Of a stretch of DNA of 64,000 nt, positions 11,527-22,655 are shown in pieces (within the stretch, counting starts at the first letter, position 1; the number at the start of each line of letters is the position of its first letter). The stretch is from positions 434,001-498,000 of the forward strand of contig CBFDEM010000055.1 of assembly GCA_965603825.1 (NCBI GenBank). Direction: 5' to 3'. The translations under genes and the position numbers were made by a program. The notes under the pieces were generated by a model, which worked only from the letters and a program-made list of their open reading frames with translations, was not told the DNA's origin and did not search any database. The DNA comes from Blepharisma stoltei ATCC 30299. Its lineage: Eukaryota > Protista > Ciliophora.

Positions 11527-12190
11527 ATGGGGTTGTATTTAGCTGCATATAATGGGATCCAATTTTTAGGATGGTTTCTTATTCTATGTTTTGCTGTGGT
11601 AACCTCATTGGGTGGGCTTCAAGTTTATATGGACCCGAATTTGAGAATTTTGGTGCTTGTGTTTCAGAATTTGATGGCGATAGAGGCAATTTTTACGTAG
11701 ATTTTGCATTCAGCGCTAAGAATATCATCATCTCCTTTATTCCCTACATTTATTCAAGTATTCAGCAGACTTGGAGTTGTTTGGGGAGCTTTGGAATTGG
11801 AACCAACAGTAATTTTTATTACAGACCAAATGGACTGCTTCTCTTTTAATTGCTTGGGGTTGTGCTGAATCTATCAGATATTCTAACTATTTCTACGCAT
11901 CTCTCGACCTAAAGCAGCCGAAATTCATGGTTTGGCTGAGATATTCAGGATTTATTGTCCTCTACCCTATTGGTGTATTTTCTGAACTTATGTGTTTATA
12001 CTCAGCACTTCCAGTTATCGAAAAATGCTGCCCAAGAGTGTATTCAATCTCTATGCCGAATCCATATAATTTTAGCTTTGACTTCTTGATTTTTGTCAAG
12101 TATTTTGTCCCTCTGTTTTATGCGGCTGGTTTTCCTTTTCTTTATGGATATATGCTGACACAAAGAAAGAGAAAATTAAAAACAGAATAA
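11527..12190 (+). CDS. 3-hydroxyacyl-CoA dehydratase (HACD/PHS1/PTPLA family), copy B; 2 introns
   Basis: MGLYLAAYN..IE|ILHS..IQVFSR..AWGCAESIRYS..WLRYSGFIVLYPIGVFSE..YGYMLTQRK; introns 11686-11700 and 11809-11824. Confidence 0.88.
11686..11700 (+). other. 15-nt GC-AG intron GCAATTTTTACGTAG
   Basis: Same position as GT-AG intron 10991-11005 in the paralogue; in-frame TAG; A at position 10. Confidence 0.8.
11809..11824 (+). other. 16-nt intron GTAATTTTTATTACAG
   Basis: Removal corrects the frame to TKWTASLLIAWGCAE; same position as 11114-11128 in the paralogue. Confidence 0.82.
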
Positions 12191-12316
12191 TTTAATTCTC
12201 TTATAATCGATTTAATTTAATTATTACTATAAATTGATAAAAAACAATAATAAAATTATAAGGAAAAGCAACAAATTTATGCCAAAAATTGATAAATAAA
12301 TTTGAAAAGACTATGA

Positions 12317-12943
12317 TTAATTAGAGTCAGAATCTGAGTCGCTTTCTTCTGTTTTTGGTGTTATCATTTTCGCTTTTACCAATCTTTTTACCAACGCTAC
12401 TGTCTGAAACTCATCATTTATAGCAAATCCTTCATATCCTATAATTCTATCCCTTGAAATCCCATCCTCAAATAGCACAAGTGTCGGCAGCACTCTTATT
12501 CCAAGCCTTTCTATAAAAAACGGTGCCTTTTCCGCATTAATCGTAATAAATCTGGTTTCCACATGTTTTTGTGCAATAATTCTCAGATGGTGGTCAATAA
12601 TCCTACATCTCGGGAAATCTTTGTGATAAAAATGACAGACTACTTTTTTGCTTCCAGTGACAGCAGGCAGAAACTCGTCCTGAGTGACTTCTACGTATTC
12701 TCCATGTCGTCTAACTGTGACGTTTTCTTGCATTTCTTTTCTTTTGGCTTCCATTTCGCTTATCCTTTTTCGCCTCCATTCAGCAATTTCGTCTTCTTCT
12801 TCCATTGAGCTGGCTTGATTCGTATCTTGTTGGGATGATGCAAAGGACTCGAGTTTGTCTCGTGTGGCGTCTCGAAGGGCGATGTCAGCCGCAAGCTCTG
12901 ACATCAGCTTGTTAGCCTGTCCTCCCCCGGCAAGTCTATCCAT
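12317..12943 (-). CDS. TXNDC9: Phosducin-like thioredoxin-fold protein (TXNDC9/PhLP3-like)
   Basis: HGEYVEV..VVCHFYHKDFPRCRIIDHHL..NAEKAPFFIERLGIRVLPTLVLF. Confidence 0.82.
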   Translation of the reverse strand: MDRLAGGGQANKLMSELAADIALRDATRDKLESFASSQQDTNQASSMEEEDEIAEWRRKRISEMEAKRKEMQENVTVRRHGEYVEVTQDEFLPAVTGSKKVVCHFYHKDFPRCRIIDHHLRIIAQKHVETRFITINAEKAPFFIERLGIRVLPTLVLFEDGISRDRIIGYEGFAINDEFQTVALVKRLVKAKMITPKTEESDSDSDSN

Positions 12944-12977
12944 TAGTAAATAAATTCAAAAAATGAAAATTAGGATT

Positions 12978-13289
12978 TTAATTACGCTTTTGGAGCCCAG
13001 AAATTTTTGATTTAATTTCGTGTAGCTCTTTTAAGATCTCTGTATCTTTTTCGTTGCTTTTATTATACTTTTTGGAGCCTTTAAGCTCATTTACTTCAAG
13101 CTTAAGTCTTCTGATTTCTTCTTCATAATAAAGTTTACTATGAGTACAGTACTCAAGAAGCTCATCATATTTTTGCCTTAGGTGTAAATACCTATCCCTT
13201 TCATTTTCGATATGTGTTTGGCTTCTTTTTTCTTTTCTTTTTGAGTATCCGTCAATGCTTGATAAATTAAAGTGGTCAAGACTCTCCAT
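12978..13289 (-). CDS. Small coiled-coil hypothetical protein
   Basis: 103-aa ORF with heptad-like charged composition; the frame stays open ~30 codons further upstream, so the start is uncertain. Confidence 0.5.
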   Translation of the reverse strand: MESLDHFNLSSIDGYSKRKEKRSQTHIENERDRYLHLRQKYDELLEYCTHSKLYYEEEIRRLKLEVNELKGSKKYNKSNEKDTEILKELHEIKSKISGLQKRN

Positions 13290-13435
13290 TTCAGTTGAGC
13301 CTATTGAAGACTGACTTTGGCTTATGGGGATTAGGGTATCCTCAATTAAGATGGCAGAAAAATTGCTAGTGGCTAGACGCTATTGTAATTTAATATAAAA
13401 AAGGATAAAAAGAGACTGTTTCATGGTTTCTTTCC

Positions 13436-13711
13436 TTAGCAAAAGCGTATAGATTTTTGTGAAGAAGACCTTTTGATTTTAAGGTTTGTAGGTGAAAATA
13501 TTGCATTTTTTATTTTTTCAATCTCTGGAGGGTGATTTGGGAGTGGGGAGGCTTCTTGTAGAGATTCTTCAATTTTGGGGTCAGGCGAAAATAATTTCCT
13601 TTCTGAATAGAGGTGGCTTGGAATTATTAATTTTTTGTGTTTTGGGCTACCAATTCTCATGATAAGCTTGGCTGAAGGCTCAGCTTGACTAGTTATGATT
13701 CCTGGTTTCAT
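13436..13711 (-). CDS. Hypothetical low-complexity protein (possibly the 5' part of the adjacent gene)
   Basis: 91-aa ATG-TAA ORF with coding-like composition; no recognisable motif. Confidence 0.4.
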   Translation of the reverse strand: MKPGIITSQAEPSAKLIMRIGSPKHKKLIIPSHLYSERKLFSPDPKIEESLQEASPLPNHPPEIEKIKNAIFSPTNLKIKRSSSQKSIRFC

Positions 13712-14094
13712 AGTCTTAGCAAAATAAATCTTTTATGATGGCGAGATTTTTATTTGATTGGCAACCATTATGCTACAAATTGAATAAGCTATAAAAGGCC
13801 TTAAAAACAAAAATTAAAGAAATTTTCTATTAAATATTAAGGATAGTCATAGAAACTCAAAAAAAAATTATTCGAATTTGCATAAAAAAATATCTTTAGT
13901 CTGTGCATTCTATTCTAAATCATCAGGAATATAATAAATAAGAAATTTCCACCTTAAGAAAATAAAAGCTATATTTTTTTGATAATTTTTATGATTAAAT
14001 TCATTTCTATCCTATAAAATATCATCTTAATAAATAAATTCAACAAGATGTCTGCTATTTACAAAGCTATGCTAAGTAGATATTTCGAATTAAT

Positions 14095-14298
14095 TTATCT
14101 TCTTGACTCTTGCTGAGCTATACCTGTAACTCTCATGCATTTTGCAAGCTCTACGACTTCAACTTGGCATTTTCTCCAGTCTTTATGCTTATTCAAGCAC
14201 AATTCAAGAGTATCATGAGGACCAGCACAACCAGACTTCTCCACAATTGCCCTTGAATCGTTATACTTTTCATTCCCTTCTTGTATTTTATCACACAT
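14095..14298 (-). CDS. COA4: Twin CX9C cytochrome c oxidase assembly factor (COA4/CHCHD8-like)
   Basis: GCAGPHDTLELCLNKHKDWRKCQVEVVELAKCM: two CX9C motifs and the DWR.CQ signature. Confidence 0.75.
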   Translation of the reverse strand: MCDKIQEGNEKYNDSRAIVEKSGCAGPHDTLELCLNKHKDWRKCQVEVVELAKCMRVTGIAQQESRR

Positions 14299-14386
14299 AA
14301 GTATAATTATATTTAAAAATGGAATTTCAATATTCTGCTTCAGAAATTGTTTATTAAGTATCTTAAGTTTAAATATATTAAATACC

Positions 14387-16549
14387 CTATTTTTTCCTTG
14401 TAGGGGACCTTGCTAAATTTTCAAAAACTCCCATCATTGCTCTTGCCTGCTTCGGAGACGCAGACTCTTGAGATTTTAGGCCAGCTATTTTTCCAATTGA
14501 CATTATCCCGCTTTTCTGTGCAGCTATATCCTGTCTTTCTATCTCAATCGGGGTATAAATGTCCACAAATTCCTCAATTCCAGTAAATCCTCCTCCAATT
14601 CTGACAATTAGCCTATTATTTTCAATTTTCATATTGATTTTTCTAGTCCCAAACAAATAGCTACCAGGCTCCTGCCTCACAAACTGCACTGGTACTGGCA
14701 CTTGCCTAGAATTTAAAAAGTCTGCCAGCGCTATATCAATATTATCATCTTTTCCAGGAACATAAGGTGGGTTTCTCTTCTTAATTTCTCCCATCTGCCC
14801 TTTCAGCCCATCTAATTCGCTATCTTTCGTATCCACTGCATCAATAAGCTGATCTAATTTTTCCGCTTGTTCATGGATTTTTTCGCCTTCTTTAACTAAA
14901 TACCCAGCCCCAGCTTCTAAATCACGTAAAACGGCATCTCGGGACTCTAAATGCAAAGAATGCAGCCTTGACAAGTCTTCAATCATCTGAGAAAGGTCAG
15001 CTCGTACACAACAAACTTGTTCAAGGGTGATTTTCTTGCAGGAAGACTGGAAAAGCTGCCGTCTAAGCTCAATGATTTCTTGTTCTTTGGCTTCAATGGT
15101 GGATTCTATAGTAGAAAGAGACTGAGAAAGCTCTTGTTTTACAGAAAGCAAGCTTTCTTGTCGCGTTTTAAGCTCTTCTGACTGGTGTCGGAGCTGCTCT
15201 ACTAGTAAGTTAAGCTTCTCTTGGATTTCGTTTCGTTTTTGGGACTCTAAATGGAAGCTTGTGAGTGCATTTTTATTGGTCTGCTCTAGCTCGTCATGGT
15301 TTTCTAGCTTCGCCTTAAGCGAATTTAGTTGGGTTTTTAGCTCATTATTTTTTTTAGAAATTTGGTCAAAATTGCCTGAAACTTCACCAAGTTTAGCCTT
15401 GATGAGGCTTTTTTCTTCTTTGAGATGCTCGATTTGGCTGAGATTCCTCTGGTGGGCTTCGTTCAATTCTTGATGGGCTTGGTCTACTTTTGCTTTAAGT
15501 TCAGCTTTTCTTTCTGCAGTCTGGTTAGCTAAAGCTTCAAATTCTTCTAATTCTTGTCTGACGTCTTCTCTGTACATTTTTTCAGCTTCTAGTCTTAAAT
15601 TTTCTCGCTTTAAATCGCCGCTTTGGGCTTTTAGCCCGTCCAGCTCGTTTTCTAGCTTTCTTGCGTTTTCTTGTTTTTCTATTAAAATAGTGAAAAGTTC
15701 CTTTTTTTTCTTTTGTAGCTCATGAAGCTCTAATTCTTTAGAAGTCCATTGCTCTTTTTTGCCTTCTGTCTCATTTTGTGAGCTAATTTCTAGATTTCTT
15801 CGTTTTTCGATATTTTGGGTCAAGTTCTCGCGCATTGCAGGAAGCTGGGATGCTATTATACTGAGGTGTCTGGCTTCTTCACAGAGAGATTTTACAATTT
15901 GTTTGAGCTGGGAGCCACTGTAAGTTTGAAGCCTTTCTATAGTGATTTCGTCAAGCCTAGGGTTTGTGAACTCAGCTTCTCCTGCTTCAATTTTGGCAGG
16001 GGAGTCTGGTTCTAAGGAAATTCTTATTAAGTTAGACTGGTCTGTTTCTCCAGCAATTTTTCTGATTTTTCAGATCTCATCTAACGTATCTCGAGGTGCA
16101 TCTTTGCTGTGGGAGAGCTTGTCGAGGTAAGGACATTTGGCTTCTTTATAAGCTTTGCTAGATCTCCTGGAGTGGGAGCTGGCTGGGGTGATTATTTTTG
16201 GGATCTTTTTGTCATTGCGGCCAAGCGTTGCTCCGATTTTTAGTTTTAAATTCGTGGTTTCTGTGTCTTTTTTAAGCCTGAACCATTTTTCAACTGTTCC
16301 AAGCAGTCCTTTTCCAAACAGAGTTCCTAGAGATACATTGGAGCTTCCTATCAATTTGTCGCCTTGGTGTAGAGACAATGAAAGTTTGGTCTCAATCGCA
16401 ATGTCATCAAGCTTGGCCGTTATCAAACCTTTTCCTTCAATTTGTTCTTTGACATCTCCTAGTTCAATTTTTAACACTGTTTTGCCATTTGGTGCTCCAG
16501 TCACATCTTTCAATTCTAACCGTAACTCAAAAAGTTTCTTTTCTTCCAT
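14387..16549 (-). CDS. C2-like / long coiled-coil / GAS2 (GAR) domain protein (~720 aa)
   Basis: ORFs 16070-16558 and 14387-15835 are joined in frame by one TGA(W); C-terminal GSYLFGTRKINMKIENNRLIVRIGGGF is GAR-like; N-terminal beta-rich LIGSSNVSL..KWFRL is C2-like. Confidence 0.75.
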
Positions 16550-16601
16550 TTTTAACAATTATTTAATTAATAAGATTTATTAATATCGAGATTTTGGGAT
16601 A

Positions 16602-17708
16602 TTAAAGAAAGATGAAATCATTTTCTGCGTCTTCTGAGCTGCTTTCTCCTGAGCTTTCTTTGATAGCTTTCATAAATTTCATCATTTGGATTTGCTGTTC
16701 CTTTACTATCCATTTCAGTTTATCATTGCTCAAAGACAGCTTATCAACCGTAATTAAAGTCCCAAAAAATCCTTGGACTACTAAATTTGCAGTCTCCAAA
16801 GCTTCTTTTGGGATATTTTTGTCTATTAGTGACGAAATTAAATTCGAAATCACCCCAACAGTCATAGACTTTTTCAAATCTTTTATAATTTTGACTATTT
16901 TTCCACATTCTCCATCTTTTACAAGCCTCGAAAAAGCCAGTCCTAGAGATTCTTCGTCAGCTTCTATATCAAGACTTAATATTTGGTCAATAATTCTATA
17001 TAAATCATATATTGAGCTAGAAGAATTCGCTGAAATTTTCTTTAAAAACATATTCCACCAGCGGTTTGCTGAGTTTTTATGAGCTTTTACTGATATTTCT
17101 AATGTCGTGTTGAAGGCTAAATCAACGACTCCACGTGAAATTGCTCTATCAAAAAATTCATCCCATAGCTGAACTGAGTCTAATGAAGGGTATCCTAGCA
17201 TTTTAAAGCATTGGCTTGTATGGGTTAAAGCATCTTTTCTAAAAAAATATTTTATAACAGTTTCTCAAAATGAGTCAATAAAAGGGATATTACTATGGCT
17301 GAGCTTAAGGATCAAATTAAAAGCTTGGTCAAAACCTCCAACCTCTATCGCTGGCTTAATATAAGCAAGTGTAGTTTTTGCATCTTTTATGGTGCCGTTG
17401 TCAATGTAACTGATCATAACTTCAAGTCCTTGTTCAAGTGTCCCAATCCTTAGCAGGCCTTTGATGGCTGATTCGAAATCATCAGGATATAAGCAGACTG
17501 ATAATTTTTCTATTGATTTTAAGATTTGGAGTGCAATTTCAGACTGTTTAGCTTCAAGAGATCTGAGTAGAGGTTACAATTGGACTAGAGAATAGATTAA
17601 TGGGAGATCTGAATCAATAAGCTCATTTTTTCGTCTTTGCAGGGTAAGTGCAGCTTCTGCGTACTCGTTTAGGTCGATTAGCTCGTTAAGTCTAGATTTT
17701 AGGCTCAT
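16602..17708 (-). CDS. Hypothetical helical-repeat (PPR/solenoid-like) protein, ~363 aa, 1 intron
   Basis: ATG at 17708; 15-nt intron 17563-17577 removes a TAA; one TGA(W); continuous with track ORF 16602-17201. Confidence 0.65.
17563..17577 (-). other. 15-nt intron GTAACCTCTACTCAG
   Basis: GT-AG, A at position 10, contains the in-frame TAA that interrupts the gene. Confidence 0.78.
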
Positions 17709-17923
17709 CAGATATTAATATAAGAAACTGACAGATAATAAAATCCATTTATGTTTAATTTAAAAAAGAGGTCTTAAGATATTGCTTGATAAGAAATATA
17801 ATAAATAAAATAGTTTGTAAAACAAATACTAGTAAAATTCGAGAAGAATTTAGTAGTTTTTTGCAGTCATATTAAAAGCTGCATCTTGATATTTAATATT
17901 TAATTGCATTAAATAATAATTTT

Positions 17924-19685
17924 TTAGATAGGCATACTAGAAGTACTTCCTACTGGAGTGGCAGTTGTTATCGTTACTCCTTGAGTTAGGCCAGAGCCAT
18001 ATTCAATATAATTTTGAGCTGAATCTTGTGTAGCAGCAGCTGTGATACAGTTATAAGTGCCTGGTGAAGCTGGAGGGAGCACATGATAAATAATAATTTG
18101 GATAGATCTGGGTGAAATAGCAGCAAAGCTTGTGATGACTAAGCTAGTTGGCGAAATTGTACAAGAAATGGGATAATTAGTATCCATATCATTTATCCCG
18201 ATAGCAGAGCACTTACTTAAATTATATCCCCAAGACGAATCTAACCAAAGAGTTATAATGCCATTTTTCGGGACTCTATTTAAAGTAGTCAGTGATATTG
18301 TCATTGTTGAATCCACAGAGTCTGGGCCAGATGCTGAGATTGAGGATACAAAGCAGTTGACGGACATATCTGTAATTGATCCTGTAGTAACTGTACCTGT
18401 AGCAGCAGTTGTTCCTGCAATTCTACAATCTCCCCCAACATCATAGGTAGGAACAGCAAAAATATTGAAATTAACAATATTAAACAGGTGATCTGCTCCA
18501 GCATATCCAGGTGCTCAGAGCCCTGTTACTGCGATTGATGCTCCTGCTGTTGGAATGACACAATTGTAATCAAGACTTCTACCCATTACAAATCCGCCAA
18601 TCATATAATCATTACTATTTGAAGCATAATAAGTTGTAGACGCTGCTACGCCTCCAACTGTAATTGTAGGTGTAAAGGTGCTAAAGCCCTTGGGAAGTCC
18701 AACACCAATATAATGTTGTGGAGTGAGTGGCATTGCAATTGTTGCGTCATTAATAGCAAAAGTAGAAGCTGACGAAACTGCTCAAGAGCTTGATGCTGAG
18801 CCGGATGTCAACGGATTAGTTTCAATATTTGATACTAAAGCAACATTGGAAACAGTACTCTTATATAAATAATTTTTGAGATCTGGATAAGAATCTGTGA
18901 TGTAGTAAAGATAAGTTGTATTCCATTGTTATATATATGTCTCGGATTGGGTATTAATCCCCATACTGGTTTTAGCAGCTTATTCATTATGAAACGTCGA
19001 AAATAAACAGATAAATTTATTTCTTCGAATAAGATGAAATTTTGACATAAAATTTTCCAATTTTTTGAAACGATATGCTAGCAGATTCACAGACAACTTT
19101 TGAAGAAATTCCAAAATTTGTATCAGGCACAATTTCAATAATATCTGATTTTCAAAGACTTTTACTAATAGTAAAATCAAAATAAAAACCATCAGTTGAT
19201 CCTATTTTTGGGCTTGAGTTTCCATTAGCATTTGTAACAGTAAGCGACTGGCTATAAGGAGCGCTCTTAAGGGCTATATAACCAAAAATGTAATTAACAT
19301 CATAAATTTTCCCAGTTGATGTAGATCTTGTCATAAGTGAAAAAGGCCCATAAACACCTCCAAAAGATACAGAAATAGAATTAGGGTAAACCAAGGTGAT
19401 ATCTTTATTACTATAAAAATCTGAATCAATATATCAAGGACCTCCACTAATGCCAGCCGGCAGATTTATTTGAAGAACTCCACCAATAAGCTTAGTGCTT
19501 ACTCTAAAAGTAAACGTTAGCTTAATATTAGTGTCAGTGTTGCATTGGGAAGCTTGAATTGGACTGCTAACTCAAATGCCTGATGGTCATAAAATTCTAC
19601 CAGGAGTTAGACTGTGAAATGCACTTCCTATTGAAATTCCAGCTGCTGATATACATAAAGCAATAAAGCCAATCAAGATTTCCAT
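17924..19685 (-). pseudogene. Disrupted secreted S/T/G-rich beta-sandwich (surface) protein
   Basis: Signal peptide MEILIGFIALCISAAG; open with TGA=W to ~19020, then TAA stops and garbled sequence (~18930-19020), then open again to TAA at 17924; no 15/16-nt intron rescues it. Confidence 0.55.
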
Positions 19686-19758
19686 ATTATAAGCCTGTAG
19701 AAGCTATATTATTTTTAAATATATAGAATAAATAAAATGACAATATTCACTATAAGAA

Positions 19759-22290
19759 TTACTTATTTTTAAGCAGAAAGAAACTTCTGCCTTCGCTTTT
19801 AGGAGAAATCAGTGGAAGCTTACGCTCATCTGTAAAGCTGTCATCACTAATTCCAGTATCTTCTTCAGCTTTGCTAATCCCTAATGCATTTTTCTTTACA
19901 TTAATTAAGCTGTTTTCTATCCTTTTCATTTCTTTTATCAAATCTTTTTTTCCTTCAATTTTTGGTAATATTGGTACTGTGGCGAAATTTAGCATTCTTG
20001 GCTTGTGCTGCTTAGATTTCATAAAAGCTCTTGGAGACTTTGTTTTAATAGCGCTTTCTTCATCAATTGTCTGCTGGTTTCTATATGTGCTTACCTCTGA
20101 TGATGTTTTTTCAAAAGATTCTTCATCAGATTTACCGACTAAATCTTCAGTATTTTCCACACTATTAAACTTCACCTCATTTATCTGAAATCTCTGCACA
20201 AATGCATCATATTCTTCTTTCAGCGTCGCTTTCTGCTTTGGTATATTCTGAAACTTATGCAGCAGTATTAATTTTACCAAATCAGAAAAATTTTTAATAT
20301 CAGCAATATTCGGCACTATCAAGCCTTTTTCATTTTCCCTCAATTTTGCTATTAAAAGGATTTGCTGCTCCATGGTCATACTTTTGGAGTCAATTATTGC
20401 AGAAATTTCTTTATCCGCAGCTGTAGTATTTATTAAAAGACCTGATAATGCTTCTAACGTAGTAGTCAGCTGCTTTTTTAAGTTTCGGTGAGCTAATACG
20501 GAAAGCTGGCTTAGATTTACGATAGCGGAAAGCTGCCCTGAGTATTGGTCTCTGCAGTCTCTAAGGTATTGATATATAGTTTCATTGTCTAAAAAGTACC
20601 TCATTATCGTATTTTCTAATATTCCTGATACAAAACTCTGGGCAATTGTAGGAAATCCTGGGAATATTCCTAGATATAGGTCTTGGAGGTCGGTTTTGTT
20701 GAGATTTTGGAATTTTATAGATGAGATTGTCTCTTCGGGCTTTAAGGAGAAGTCTCTGGTGATTGGGGAAGATGCGAAAGTGCTTTGTTTTCTTTTATTT
20801 GCATTAGCGGGGAGGATTATGACGGTGTTTCTTTTATCGTTTTTATTGGGTCTTGGGGTGGATTCAGTTTGGACATCTTTAAACATAGAAGGTATATGCA
20901 AAATGTAATCTTGGAGGACCTCAGGATGCCCATAGCACTGCTCTTTTATAAGCTCTAGCTGCTTTTTTACTCTTCAAGCCAGCTGATAAAAAAATTTCAA
21001 GGAAAAAACTATTATTTGCTCATATTTTCCAATTAATTCTTCTTTAGATACTGAATTTATTGTATCTAAAGAAACCAGAAGTCCTGTATAAGTTTCGACT
21101 TCAAAGGTCTCATTTTTTGTTAATTTTCTTGTCCTTGACCTAAGCTCTTGAATATTCCCACTAAGCCCTGGGTCTTCTTTCAGCTCAGACAGCTCCAATG
21201 CAGTTTCATCACAAATTTGTCTAAGCTGATACTGGTCTGCTGCAAGCCCAATAAACCGGATTTGAAGCCTAGATTCCATAGAAAGCATGTTTTCGAACGC
21301 TTTGAGAATATCTTTTGGAGAGAATTTATCCACTTTTTCTGGGCTAATTGATAAGCATTTGGATTCTTTAATTATTTTTTTTATTTTTTCAAAAATTTCA
21401 GTGTAATATTCCAGCTGATTTGCATAGCTTTGTTTATGCTGCTTTTCTTGGTCGAATTCAGTTAATAGTTTTCCGTACTCGGATTTAAGCATTTCGTTTT
21501 TCATTTCATTTTCTTCCAATCCTATTGCTGATTCAGCGACTTTATGAACTAAAGCTTCTACCTCTTTTTTAAGATGTGCTCCTTTCGATCTGATTCCTTC
21601 AATTTTTTGCACCCTGCTGGAAGACTGTTTTTTAATTTCTGTCTTCAATTTCACTACATTATCATTTGCTTTAATCAGCTCATTTTTTGCCCTAGCTGTA
21701 GTGTCCTCAATCTGCCCAGTATATTTATCAATCCCTTTATTCATAGCTTTACAGTCAAGAAACCTTTCTCTCTGATAAATATAGTCCTCTTTTTCTTTCT
21801 TTTGCATACTTTCTAATTGTTCTGTTGTGCATCGCTCCTGAGTAATTTGTAGTTCCACTTTATTAATTTCGTCCTTAAGCCTTTCTATCAATTCTTGCTG
21901 TTCAGAAATATAGACCTGGTTCTTTGAATACAGCGTACTTTGCATATCTTTTAAAGATCCTGATACAAAACTGAGACTTGGGTTCATCTCAGATGCGTCA
22001 GTTGCTTTCTTTTTAAGAAACTTCGCTGTCGTCTTAAGGTCATCTAGTATTTGCAGCTTTTTTTTGTTGTGATAGTGCACCTGGTTGTATAGTTTTTTCA
22101 GCTTGACGATCTCTTTGTCTTCGGTTTTCTGCTCAGATGTGTTTAATTTTAGTGACTTTTCGAACTCCTGCATTAGGCTTTCTTCTTCTTTTTTCAGTCG
22201 AGATTCTCTTTCTTTTTGAAGATAAGTTTTATTAGCGTTTTCAGTCTGAGAAAAGAGGATGTCAGGTCGAAATAAACCGATATTGCTCAT
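19759..22290 (-). CDS. Long coiled-coil hypothetical protein (~843 aa)
   Basis: ORFs 20974-22290 and 19759-20901 are in frame, joined through one TGA(W); E/K-rich heptads. Confidence 0.72.
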
Positions 22291-22655
22291 GATTATAATG
22301 GTAAAAAAATTGAAAATTTAGATATGCTATAATATTTATGAGTAGATTTAATAAGCAAAAATACTATGCTGGATTTATTTTTAAAACTACAAGAACTTGA
22401 TCATTTATATAAAATTTAGATAAATTTGTATAAAATTAAGTAGAATTTAGTGAACGGTAATTTTAAATTGATATTTTAATAATATTTTAAAAAATAAGCA
22501 TTAATTGAAATCGAATTTAAATAAACATACAAAGCAGCCCATAAATCTTAACCCTAATAATTTTTCATAAATAAAGTTTTAATTATTGATAAATAGAATT
22601 GTATTAGCTATTTTTTCTTGCTTTCTAAAATATGACATCCTTATAAACCCTCATT

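Noticed and set aside
11571-11849. 92-aa track ORF
   Set aside because: Wrong frame overlapping spliced HACD copy B
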